From NCBI GenBank assembly GCA_951406725.2, contig OX597820.1, positions 88,164,001 through 88,228,000 of the forward strand: DNA of 64,000 nt, written 5' to 3'. The notes beneath the pieces were generated by a model. It was not told where the DNA came from. It made no database searches and saw only the letters and a list, made by a program, of their open reading frames with translations. The translations under genes and the position numbers were made by a program. This DNA is from Octopus vulgaris (taxonomy: Eukaryota). Positions 25,717-37,431 of the stretch are shown one piece after another; position 1 is the stretch's first letter, and each line of letters opens with the position of its first letter.

Positions 25717-26029
25717 CAAGGAGAGGGAAAGAAAATGGAATATTTGAGAATCTTTACATTTTCCATCTCTCTCATTAATCAAATATCCAACAAATACTGA
25801 GCCAGTGAACAAGCTTTACTTGTAAACAACAAGTTGTATGCTATAAGATTTATTAATTACATACATCATCATCATCATTGTTTAACATCCATTTTCCAAG
25901 CATGCATGGGTAGGATAGCTGACAGGAGCTAACCAGGTAGAAAACTACCCTCACTACTGTGTCTATTTTGGCAGGGTTTTTACAGCTCGATGCTCTTCCT
26001 AACACCAACAACATACACACATATATGTA

Positions 26030-26617
26030 CCATAAATCCTCGAGTATAATCGGCATTTTTTCCCCAAAATTTAAAGGTCAAAATCCCTAGTGCATACTAT
26101 GTACGAGGTTAAAAATGAAAAATATTTTCTAAGCAATATCCAAGTCTCTATTTGCTGTCCGGCAATGTTGATTCTACCTTAAGCTGAGCCTGAAAGCAAT
26201 GACGTCATAAAAGAATCACCCATAAATTGCAGTAAGCAACATTTATTAAAATGAAAGTATTCAGAACACAGAATAACATGTAACAAAAACAATTTGCAAA
26301 CATATTTACATTCCCATATAACAGTTAAGAACTTCACCATTATTGCATTACGCATGCACGGAAGTGTTTGTTCGACTAGGTGATGCTGGCTTAATTAAGC
26401 ATGACTCAAGTTAGAAAAGGGGTGCATATTATACACAAGGTTTAGGTTTTTCAGAAGTACAGCCCACTAAAAATCCCCTACGTATTATACTCAAGGGTGG
26501 ACTATACTTGAGGATTTACAGTCAGCATGTTCTCTATTTGTTGCGTTTTCTGTGCAAGGGAGAGAAGCGATGAAAGAATATTATACTCAAGGGCGGACTA
26601 TACTCGAAGATTTACGG
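26030..26617. mobile_element. pogo/Tigger-like MITE with duplicated right end
   Basis: TA-CC(A)TAAATCCTCGAGTATA left end; right end present twice (~26485-26522 and ~26579-26617). Confidence 0.7.
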
Positions 26618-28170
26618 TATGTATATGTGTGTACACACACACACACACACACACATATATTCACGTATATATATGTATATCATCATCATCATTGTTTAAT
26701 GTCAGCTTTCCATGCTCGCATGGGTTAGACGGTTTGACTGAGGACTGGTGAGCCAGAGGCTGCAACAGGCTCAATCTGATCTGGCAAAGTTTCTACAGCT
26801 GGACGCCCTTCCTAATGCCAACTACTCCAAGAGTGTAGTGGGTGCTTTTATGTGCCACTGGCACAAGGGCCAGTCAGGTGGTACTAGCAACGACCGTGTT
26901 CAGAAGGTGTTTTTACATGCTACCTGCACGGAAGCCCGTTGGCGGCACTGGCAACGATCATGCTCGAATGTTGTTTTTCACGTGTCACCAGCACATATGC
27001 CAGTAAAGCAACATTGGCAATGCTCATGCTCAGCTAGTGCTTTTCACATATCACCAGCATGGGAGCCAATCCGTGACCTTGGCAACAATCATGCTCAAAT
27101 GTGCTTTTAACGTTCCACTGGCATGAGTGCCAATCAGGCGGTACTGTCATCAGCCACATCAGCGATTTTGATTTGTTAACACCTCAATAGGTCTTTGCAG
27201 GCAAAGTTCATTGTCCATTGAATGAGGGGTACTCATAAGTGGGCTTTTAACGTTCTGCTGGCATAAGTGTCAATCAGGTGGTACTGTCATCGGCCATGTC
27301 AACAATTTTGATTTTGATTTCACTTACCTCAGTGTCTTCACAAACAAAGTTTATTTCCAATGAATGAGGGGTATTCATAAATGGGCTGGTTACACCCACT
27401 GGCATAGGCCTTGAGCTATGGTCTCACTTGGCTTATTGGGTCTTCCCAAGCACAGCATATCTCCAAAGGTCCTGGTCTCTAGTCATTGCCTCAGTAAAGC
27501 CCAATGTTTGAAGGTCATGCTTCACTACCTTATCCCAGGCTTTCATCTTTCTACCTGTTGAGTCAAGTGAAGTCATTGTTGTGGCCGATGACAGTACCGC
27601 CTGGTTGGCACCTGTGCTGGTGGCACATAACAAGCACCATTCGTGTGTGGTCGATGCCAGTGTCGCCTGACTGGTCCCGTTCTGGTGACACGTACAAAGT
27701 ACCATTTGAATGTGGTCATTGCCAGTCCCACCTGACTGGCACCCATGCCGGTGGCACATGAAAAGCACCATTCGAGCATGGTCGATGCTAGTGCTAGCTG
27801 ACTGGTCCCATACTGGTGGTATGTACAAAGCACTATTTGAGTGTGGCCGTTGCCAGTGCCACTTGACTGACTCCCATGCCAGTGACATGTAAAAAGCACC
27901 ATTCAAAGTGTGGTCGATACCAGTATAGCCTGACTGGCCCTTGTCCTAGTGGCACATAAAAAGCACCCACTACACTCTCAGAGTGGTTGGTGTTAGGAAG
28001 GGCATCCAGCCGTAGAAACTTTGCAAGACCAGATTGGAGCCAGATGCAGCCTTCTGGCTTGCCAGCCCTCAGTCAAACTGTCCAACCCATACCAGCATGG
28101 AAAGTGGATGTTGAACGACAATAACGATGGTGATGATGATTATGACAGAGGCAGTATTAATACCAAGTGG

Positions 28171-28377
28171 TAATATTTATCCCCCACCGCCATAAATGTG
28201 AATGTTCTATTAGAACAAACTATACTGTGGTAGATTCCATGACAGAAACTCTCATGTTGGCTTTTGGGTGCAAGAGTCCATCTTGCACCAAAAGCCAATA
28301 TCAGAGTTTCTCTTGTGATCTATTGCAGTATAGTTTGTTCTAACAGAACATCCACATTTAAGTGGGAATAAATATTA
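28171..28377. repeat. Fold-back palindrome (~100-bp arms), probable MITE
   Basis: Arms symmetric around GTCCA at ~28277. Confidence 0.85.
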
Positions 28378-28405
28378 ACTATAATGTAATGTATGTTATA
28401 ATATA

Positions 28406-28790
28406 TTGGGTCGTCCGGAAAGTTTGTGCCGAGTTTTAAAGTAAAGAAAAAGGTCAATAAATACTTGCCATTACATTTTTAATCAACCAAATATGAACAA
28501 TTTTGTTGCACAATGCGTATCCATCTTTCCTTTAACTTGAAAATACCCTCTTCTCAGAAATGAGGTGGTTTCATGGCAAAGAATTTATCAAGTTATCTTT
28601 TTACGTCATCCAAGGAATTGAAATTTTTACCATTAAGACTATTTTGCAGAAACCTGAATAAGTGGAAATCCGAAGGAGCAATATCTGGTGAATATGGAGG
28701 GTGGGGTAACCCATCCCAGCTGAGCTGCAGCAATTTTTGCCTGGTTCCCAAAGGATCAAGTGCCGAAAATGAACTTTCTTATCTTCCATT
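28406..28790 (-). mobile_element. Mariner 3' fragment
   Basis: HPPYSPDIAPSDFHLFR on the minus strand; TTGGGTCGTCCGGAAAG terminus. Confidence 0.7.
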
Positions 28791-29011
28791 TTAAAGGGTT
28801 GCAGAATTAACACAGGTTATAGGAACATAAATCTTCTTCCACAAAAAGATAGCATGGAGGTGTAGTCAAATCCTATTTTATGGACTCAGCCATGTTCTAA
28901 AATAAGTCGAAAGGTAAGCTACTATAAATCAGCACAAAATTTCCGGACAACCCAATAAATAATATACTATTAAGCAGTAAATTATAATTAAATAAATAAA
29001 TAAATAAATAC

Positions 29012-29162
29012 TTTGATTTTTTGCCTCTTTCCTCAGTTTCCTCGGTGTCTGGCACTTCTTCTTCTTCTTCTTCTTGTTTTGCTTTTCCTCGAATATCCGC
29101 AAACTGAAGGGTCTTCCCTTTTTTTTTAGCATCTTCAGGAAGATAATCTACTCGCATAATAC
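29012..29162 (-). CDS. ANKMY1: ANKMY1 charged linker exon (IMRVDYLPEDAKKKG...EEEEEE...GKKS)
   Basis: aacag acceptor, gtattt donor; phase 1-2 bridges the neighbouring exons exactly. Confidence 0.8.
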
Positions 29163-29666
29163 CTGTTAGAATTAAAAATAAAACAACATGGTAATGATTT
29201 CAAATTTTGGCACAAGGCCAACAGTTTCAGGAGGGGTGTAAGTCGATTACATTAACCCCCAGTACCCAACTGGTACTTGTTTTATTTACTTTGTAAGGAT
29301 GAAAGGCAAAATTGACCTCTGCAGAATTTGAACTCAGAATGTAAAGACAGAGAAAAATGCTGCCAAGCATTTTGCCTGGCATGCTAACAGTTTTGCCTGA
29401 ACAGCAACATAATAATAATAATGATGATGATGATGATGATCCTTTCTACTATAGGCACAAGGCCTGAAATGTTTGGGAAGGGGGCCAGTTGACTGGATTG
29501 ATCCCAGTACACAGCTAGTACTTAATTTATCGAACCCCCCATCCTCTCACCCCCGAGAGGATGAAAGGCAAAGTTGACCTTAGCAGAATTTGAGCTTGGA
29601 ATGTAGCAGCAGACGAGATACCGCTAACCATTTTACCCAGTATGCTTACGATTCTACTGGCTTGCC

Positions 29667-29711
<45 letters not shown>

Positions 29712-29747
29712 CATAATCATAATCATAATAATAATAATAATAATAAT

Positions 29748-31061
29748 TGCTCTGATGCAGTACCAGGCAGTGGCTCTCATGGCTTAACTGATTGGAAGTG
29801 TTATCATGTACATTGTTTTGTCTTGGTATAAAAGATGGGCTACAGCAAATATTCTGCTCAATACCACAGATTTGCTTGTCAGTTGTTTGACGAGCATGTC
29901 CCTTAGTGGCTGACGATATGTGCATCTCTGATCACGAGCAGAAGTAGTGGGGGAGCATCATAGCCATGTGTTGAGAGGGATTCTTTGGGGTTTGAATAAT
30001 TAACCTCTGGAAACATGGGTGGTTCTTTCAACATCCTTAAACAACCCTTATTCAAGGACCTTTTGAGTGGGATGGGTTAGAAAATTCTAACTGGGCCCCA
30101 CCTGGAAGGTCATGTGCTGTTTATCTTGATATGAGATCACCATGTCGCGCACATATGGTTGTGATGCATGTGCCTGGTGTACCCTTATCAGACGGGTAGT
30201 CATGATGGGTATATTGGGCTTCGTATATTTTACCCCAGTGTCACTTTGATGGCATGAACTGCTCTTTCACTCAATAATAATAATAATGATAATAATAATA
30301 ATAATAACAAACTGACAGAAAGATAGATGCAAATAGGCCAGACATCATATTGAAAGACTTCAGACAAAGAACATGCCTCCTCATTGATATGACTGTCCCA
30401 ATCGATATAAACGTATCTGTCAAGACCTACCAAAAGCTGAGCAAATATAAAGATCTTGAAATAGAAATCAGCAAAATGTGGAACCTGAAGACTAAAACAA
30501 TACCTGTTGTCATAGGTGCCCTGGGAATGATAGTGAAAGGGGCTGATTGCTACCTAACTCAGATACCAGGAAACCCCAAAATGGCAGAAATTCAAAAGAC
30601 AGTACTCATGGGAACTGCTCATATCCTACGCAAAATACTTTCTATGTAATCCCAAGGTTTAAAACAAACATTAAAAAAAAAAAAATCTATTTATTAGACA
30701 TTCACTAGTACAACAAAAAAACCCCAAATATATGGCACACTAGGCATAACAACAACGTGAACTTCCAACTTGTTGTCTCTCGATGTCACTGGGTGAGACT
30801 TGGAGCCAACTTGTACAAATATAAAGCAAAAGTCAAACATAGAATAATATTAATAATAATAATGGTTTCTAACTTTGCCACAAGGGCAGCAATTTTGGGG
30901 GAAGGGATGAGTTGATTACATCGACCCCAGTATTCAACTGGTACTTATTTTATTGACTCCGAAAGGATGAAAGGCAAAGTCAACCTCGGCAGAGTTTGTA
31001 GCAGCAGACAAAATACCGCTAAGCATTTTGTCTGGCGTGCTAACAATTCTACCAGCTCACC

Positions 31062-31107
<46 letters not shown>

Positions 31108-31708
31108 TCTTCTATAAGAAAAAAGGGATTACTATTATTCATTTTGCAGAAAGGTGGATAAAACTGGCGAGAATTTTGCAAGTGAATAGGCCTGCCCTGA
31201 GCATATGCCTGTAATTGGAAAAAAGGAAAGGAAAAGAGACATCAACCCTAAAAGTCTGGATATCCATGGTTTTTATGGGGTTTTTCCTTGAGCAGCCTTT
31301 CAACGTTTCCTCCCTACACATTGTTGATTTTAAAAATTTTGTTGGTCTTGTTTAAATGCAAAACCCTCATAACAACACACACTCACACACAGTCTTTGCT
31401 TTGTCCTGTACTGTCCATAATTTTTTTTCTTCGTGTAAACCCTTGTGATTAATAAAGAAATCATTATTACGGCGGTAAGCTGGCAGAATCATTAGCTTGC
31501 TGGAAGAAAATGCTTAGCGGTATTTCACCCGTTGCTACGTTCTGAGTTCAAATTCTGTCAAGGTCGATTTTACCTTTCATCCTTTTGGGGTCGATAAAAT
31601 AAGTACCAGTTGAACATTTATGTAATCAACTCATCCCCTTCTTCTAAATTGCTGCCCTTTCAAAATTTGAAACCACTATCATCATCATCATCCTCCTCAT
31701 CATCATCA

Positions 31709-31750
<42 letters not shown>

Positions 31751-31974
31751 TATGTTTGACTTTTGCTTTACATTTGTACAAGTTGGCTCCAAGTCTCACC
31801 CAGAAACCTCAAGAGACAACAAGTTGGAAGCTCATGTTGGTGTTATGCCTAGGGTGCCATATATTTGGTTTTGTACATAGTGTTGTTCTAGAGAATGTTT
31901 AAGAAACCATAAGAAAATTATGTTTGTTTTAAAACTTGAGATTACATAGAAAGTATTTTGAGCACTACCTTATT

Positions 31975-32036
<62 letters not shown>

Positions 32037-33213
32037 GTTTCTGTTTAGGAATGTTAATAATAATAGTGATGATTTCTTTATTGGCCACAAGGGCTGAACA
32101 TAAAACAAATAGGGACAATGCAAAACAGGGGATGCAGTACCAGACATTGGCTTTCATGGCTTCTAATTGTAACTGATTGGAAGTTTATGTACAAATATTC
32201 TGCTCAAAACCACAGATTTGCTTGCCAGTTACTTGACCTTAACTAGTTGAGCATGTCCCTAGTGGCTGAGAATATGTGCATTTTTCATCATGAGCAGAAA
32301 TAGTGGAGGAGTATCAGAGCCATGTGTTGAGAGAAATTTTGGTGGGTTTGGATAATTCACTTCTGGAGATGTAGGTGTTTTTTTCATCATCCTTAAATAA
32401 ACCTTATTCATGGACCTTTTGAGCAAGATGGGCTACTTGACTTGAAGAAAATTCTAACTGGGCCCTACCTGCAAGGTCATGTGCTGTTTATCTTGATATA
32501 AGGTCGCTATGTTGCACACATATGTTTGTGATGAATATACCTGTTGTACTCTTATAAGATGGGCAGTCATAATGAATATATTGGGCTTTGTATATTTGTA
32601 CCCCAGTGTCACTTTGATGGCATGCACTGCTCCCTCACTCAATAATAATGGTAATAATGATAAATGCAGTACCTAGCAGTAGCTCTCTTGGCTTCTCATC
32701 TTAACTGATTGGAAGGGTTATCATGTATATTGTTTTGTCTTGATGTAAAAGATGGGCTACAATAAATATTTTCCTCAATGTCACAGATTTGCTTGTCAGT
32801 TGTTTGACCTTAGCTAGTTGAGCATGTCTCTTGTTAGCTGACGATATGTGCATCTCTTATCATGAGCAGAAGTAGTGGAGGAGCATCATAGCCATGCGTT
32901 GAAAGGAATTCTTTGGGGTTTGGATAATTCACCTCCAGGAAACATTCATGTTTCATTCAACATCCTTAAACAACCCTTATTCAGGGACCTTTTGAGCAGG
33001 ATGGGCTACTTGACTTGAAGAAAATTCTAACTGGGCCCCAGCTGCAAGGTCATGTACTGTTAATCTTGATATGAAATCACCATGTTGCACACATGTAGTT
33101 GTAATGCATGTGACTTGGTGTACCCTTATCAGACGGGTAGTCATGATGGGTATACTGGGCTTTGTATATTTTATCCAAGTGTCACTTTGATGGCATGCAC
33201 TGCTCTCTCTCTC
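29748..33213 (-). mobile_element. Cluster of (TAA)n-embedded repeats: three ~520-bp copies (29748-30273, 32130-32641, 32663-33213) and an R4/Dong 3' end (31750-31965)
   Basis: Mutual similarity; each copy is bounded by TAA/ATT microsatellite. Confidence 0.7.
30309..30860 (+). mobile_element. R4/Dong-clade LINE 3' fragment with restriction-like endonuclease, in (TAA)n
   Basis: RPDIILKD..CLLIDMTVP..KYKDL..IPVVIGALG..LMGTAHILRK; flanked by TAA repeats. Confidence 0.85.
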
Positions 33214-33226
33214 AATAATAATAATG

Positions 33227-33296
<70 letters not shown>

Positions 33297-33539
33297 TAAT
33301 AATGATAATAATAATTTTGTTATACCAAATCTGTTCCAATAAAAGAAAATATATTTACAACTTTTATGTTTAATGTTGGTATGTATAAAGCATTATTTAT
33401 TGGGCCTTATCTTCGAACAGTGCAATTATATAAATGTAGATGATAAACATGTATATATAAGACACACACAAACATTACTTTTCACTTATTTATGAAACTG
33501 TTCCTGAAAAGCTGAGGCAAAAAATGACTTAATATTTAC

Positions 33540-33672
33540 TTTGCTTTGACACTGAAAGAATAGCTTCTCGCATTTTGGTGCCCAGAAAAGTGAGCACCTG
33601 CTTTCTGTTGTTGTATGTCACTCTTTCAGCTACTGTCAGTGCATGGTATGGCAGGTGAGCTATACGGGAATC
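33540..33672 (-). CDS. ANKMY1: ANKMY1 exon (DSRIAHLPYHALTVAERVTYNNRKQVLTFLGTKMREAI...)
   Basis: ttccag acceptor, gtaaat donor, phase 0-1; matches ANKMY1 DRRIARCPFHTLMPAERETF. Confidence 0.92.
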
Positions 33673-33741
33673 CTGGAAAGATGAATATCATTGAGTGAAA
33701 ACAAAAGAATTAACTGCTTAATAATACTATGTATATATATA

Positions 33742-34049
33742 TCTTTATATATAAAACTGAAGTTGTGTGTGTGAGTGTTTGTCTACTCCGATTTAGATTC
33801 CTAACTACTCCCACATTTTACGGTGCAGTTTAACCAAAAGCGAGTATCTTATATTCGTGATTCATATCAAGCCCTTCTGGGTATTAGCGCGCGTCTATGA
33901 TGAGTCTACGATTTAAAAAAAAAATTACCATCATTTTTCCACATTTTTAATGCATTTTTTGCTCGGTTTATATAAGGGAAGTAACTCTCTAAAAATGCTT
34001 ATATGGTTATTTCCCTTACAAACCCAAGCAACGCCAGGCGATACTGCTA

Positions 34050-34050
<1 letters not shown>
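33742..34050 (+). mobile_element. Non-autonomous Helitron
   Basis: A|TC 5' end, subterminal GC-rich hairpin remnant, CTAG|T 3' end. Confidence 0.8.
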
Positions 34051-34118
<68 letters not shown>

Positions 34119-34119
<1 letters not shown>

Positions 34120-34346
34120 TATAACTTAGGGTATCAATAGCAACCAGGATCCGACTCTAAAACCACCTTAAGTGTTCACACTTACGGTGGTTTTAGAGTC
34201 AGATCCTGGCTGCTATTTTCAGCATGGCGATGTCTCATAGATACTCTAAGTTATAATTTTAATAATAATTATTACCTTTGAAGGATTATATTTCCATGCT
34301 GGCCACTTGATAAGATCGTTATTTAATTTAAATTAACGATCTTATC
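34119..34346. repeat. Multi-hairpin element within (TA)n
   Basis: 39-bp stem 34136-34174/34179-34217, 17-bp outer stem, 13-bp stem 34309-34346. Confidence 0.85.
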
Positions 34347-34439
34347 CTCATTTATATATATATATATTTGGTCATCATGTATGAAATTTGTAGAAAAGAA
34401 AAAAAGTTTGCTAATGTTTTGTAAATACAAGGACCCATA

Positions 34440-35560
34440 TTGTCAATACACTTTTGTCATTTCAGTGGTAGCTTGTCCAGCCCGGAACTGTAAAATCCTG
34501 GCAATCAATAAAATCTTGCCGTTTTACAGCATCGTCGGAATTAAATATTTTCCTTATCAAAAGTTATCCAAATTCTGGAAGAAGTGGTAGTCAGTAGGGG
34601 GCAAGATCAGGTGAGTATGGTGGTGGAAGGAGAACTTCCAACTCCAAATCCTGTAGGTTCACCAATGTCATTTTTGCAATGTGTGGTTTGGCGTTATCTT
34701 GCAATAAAATAGGAGTGGATCTGTCGACTAATTGAGGCTGTTTTATTTGTAAGTTTCTGCATCATTTGGTCCAGTTGGCTGCAGTATACTTTGGCCGTGA
34801 TTGATGAGCCAGGTTTAATGAAATGATAATGGATCACACCTGTGCTAGACCACCAAATACACACCATCAGCTTCTTTTGATGAATTTTGGTTTTTGGACT
34901 GTGTTTTGGTGGCTCGTCTTAGTCCAACCAATGTGCTGAATGTTTACAGTTGTTGTATTGTATCCATTTCTCATCACATGTTACAATTCGATTAAAAAAT
35001 TATTCATTATTGTGACGAGAAAGTAGCATAATGCAGGCTTCCAAACATTGCTGTTTCTGATTTTCATTGAGCTCATGTGGAACCCACTTATCCAAATTTT
35101 TCACGTTACCAATTTGAACATGGCGAGTCAATATTGTTTGCCTGCCAACACCAAATAACAACGATAATTCATGGACACTTTGAGATGGATCTGACTCGAT
35201 GGTGGCATTTAGTCTGTCATTATCCACCTTTGTTTCTGGTCTTCCACATTGCTCATTTGTGAGGTCAAAGTTACCAGAATGAAATTTGATACTGTCTGCT
35301 GTATAATAACATTAGAATAAAATACTCCATTAATATTCAGAGCTGTCTATGATGCAGTACTTCGAAGGAAGAACTCATATTTCAAAACTGTATGAATTTG
35401 TGACTTATACATCTCTAAACAAAATTAGCAAATAACGATTTATAAATACTTTATAAAGCACAAAATGAGTTAGAATAAAGAAATAGATGTGTCAGCTTTC
35501 TAACAAAAAAATAAAGATTATCAGAATATAATAAAGGTGCAAAATGATCAGCTGTTAAAG
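34440..35560 (-). mobile_element. Decayed mariner transposase
   Basis: WVPHEL and PPYSPDLAP.DYHFF motifs with frameshifts. Confidence 0.85.
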
Positions 35561-35599
35561 TTTACCATATACCTTACAACGAATTTCATACTTGACAAC

Positions 35600-35720
<121 letters not shown>

Positions 35721-36086
35721 TCTGTTATTTGTTTCAATCATTTGACTATGGCTATGCTGGAGCACCACCTTTAGTCGAGCAAATCGACCCAAGGGCTTAT
35801 TCTTTGTGAGCCTAGTACTTATTCTACCGGTCTCTTTTGCCGAACCACTAAGTTACGGGGACGTAAACATACCAGCATTGGTTGTCAAGCGATGTTGGGG
35901 GAGACAAACACAGACGCACAAACATACACACACACACACACACACACACACGAACATACACACACACACAAACGCACACATATACGACAGGCTTCTTTCA
36001 GTTTCTGCCAGCAGTGATATTTGTTATGGCATTTCATATCTGAAATGTTAGATGTTTGGCTATAATTTTTATAGAATATCTGTAGA

Positions 36087-36385
36087 CAGTTCTATATTTA
36101 AGAGATGAGGAATTATGTACATTATTTACAAGCATATGGCGTAGTGGTTAAGAGTGCGGGCAACTAATCCCAAGATTCTGAGTTTGATTCCAAGCAGTGA
36201 CCTGAACAATAACAATAATAATATTAACATCGAAAAATACCTTAGGAATGAGAACCCAGGTTCGAAATTTCCCCAAGACACCTGAAGAAGGCTGGAGGGT
36301 ATATCAGCCGAAACGTTGTGTTAACAACAAACAAGATGAGGACAAACATCTGTAGAATGTAAATAATGTAAATAATGTAAATAAT
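36087..36385 (+). mobile_element. tRNA-headed, hammerhead-containing non-autonomous retroelement
   Basis: 13-bp TSD GAATATCTGTAGA (36074-36086 / 36386-36398); A/B boxes at ~36134-36200; hammerhead motif; (TGTAAATAA)n tail; inverted 3' fragment at 5' end. Confidence 0.85.
36277..36322 (+). ncRNA. Minimal type I hammerhead ribozyme motif
   Basis: GACAC-CTGAAGA-A-GGCTG..CAGCC-GAAA-CG-TT-GTGTT; palindromic ACGT stem III. Confidence 0.8.
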
Positions 36386-36679
36386 GAATATCTGTAGAGT
36401 TAACCTTAACAAGTGATGTAAAGCACATTGCTAACACAGAAGAACATAGTATTGACTTATAAAAAAACGTTTGATGTACTTTATAGTATACTATAGTTGC
36501 ATAATGAAATATTGTGTCCCTACAAGTCACTAGCTTCTAATGATCTTTGAAAACCACAAGGCCATGCTGGGGTAGTATTCCATTGAGGGAGTATAGAGGG
36601 TGAGTGCACCTAACAGACTGGCAGAGTGAGGCAGAATGCCCAGTTGAAACACATATGGTGATAAAGTAATAAATGATAC

Positions 36680-36787
36680 CAAATTAAACATGTAATGGGC
36701 ATAGTCAACTACTGAGGACATCACTCTTTTGGCTCCAGTGGGAACTTCTCTAAGAATATTGGCACCATGCTTCAGTAATGTTTCAAT
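36680..36787 (-). CDS. ANKMY1: ANKMY1 exon (IETLLKHGANIL...VVDYAHYMFNL)
   Basis: tttttag acceptor, gtatca donor, 108 nt. Confidence 0.9.
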
Positions 36788-37400
36788 CTAAAAAAGGAAA
36801 AGGAAAAAAAAGTAAAATAAAATATATAATAAATTCATTAAAATTATCAAAATTATAAATAAATAATCAAAATTAGTATTCAAATAACTCCATCAAATGT
36901 AATATTCGGTATTCATAGTTTTGAAGTAAACCTGTATTATCTCATAGTCTTGAAGTTTCGATGATGTGACTGTTTACCTTTAGAATGTCATAGTATTATA
37001 GGTATGAGAAGCCAAATCCAGTTGGTTTAAACATAAAATAGGTGGAATGTTTGGGCTCTATTTGGCCAGTTTAAATGTTAATTGGTTAAAAGGAATTATC
37101 AAAATTACGGAGATGTACTTGCATAGCAAGTGACCTGATCTGAGATTGTGTGCTGGAATGGAAACAATTGTAGCGTGGAAGGTGTTTATAAGCCATCTAA
37201 GAAACACACAAAAACCGTTAGATTCATTTCAACATTTAAATTTAATTTGCCATTTGGCAAATTGAATTTAAATGTTGAAGTGAATCTAACGGTTGGGAAG
37301 TAACAGTCAATTCAAGGTTATAATGGAAGACACCTTCCAAAGGTGCCAAGCAATGGGACTGAGCCCAGAACTTAGTGGTTATAAAGTACACCTGTACCCT

Positions 37401-37431
<31 letters not shown>

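Noticed and set aside
36671-36679. ANKMY1 donor GTATCATTT as a second U12 intron
   Set aside because: It mismatches the conserved +6 C, and the downstream acceptor has a normal pyrimidine tract and no U12 branch motif.
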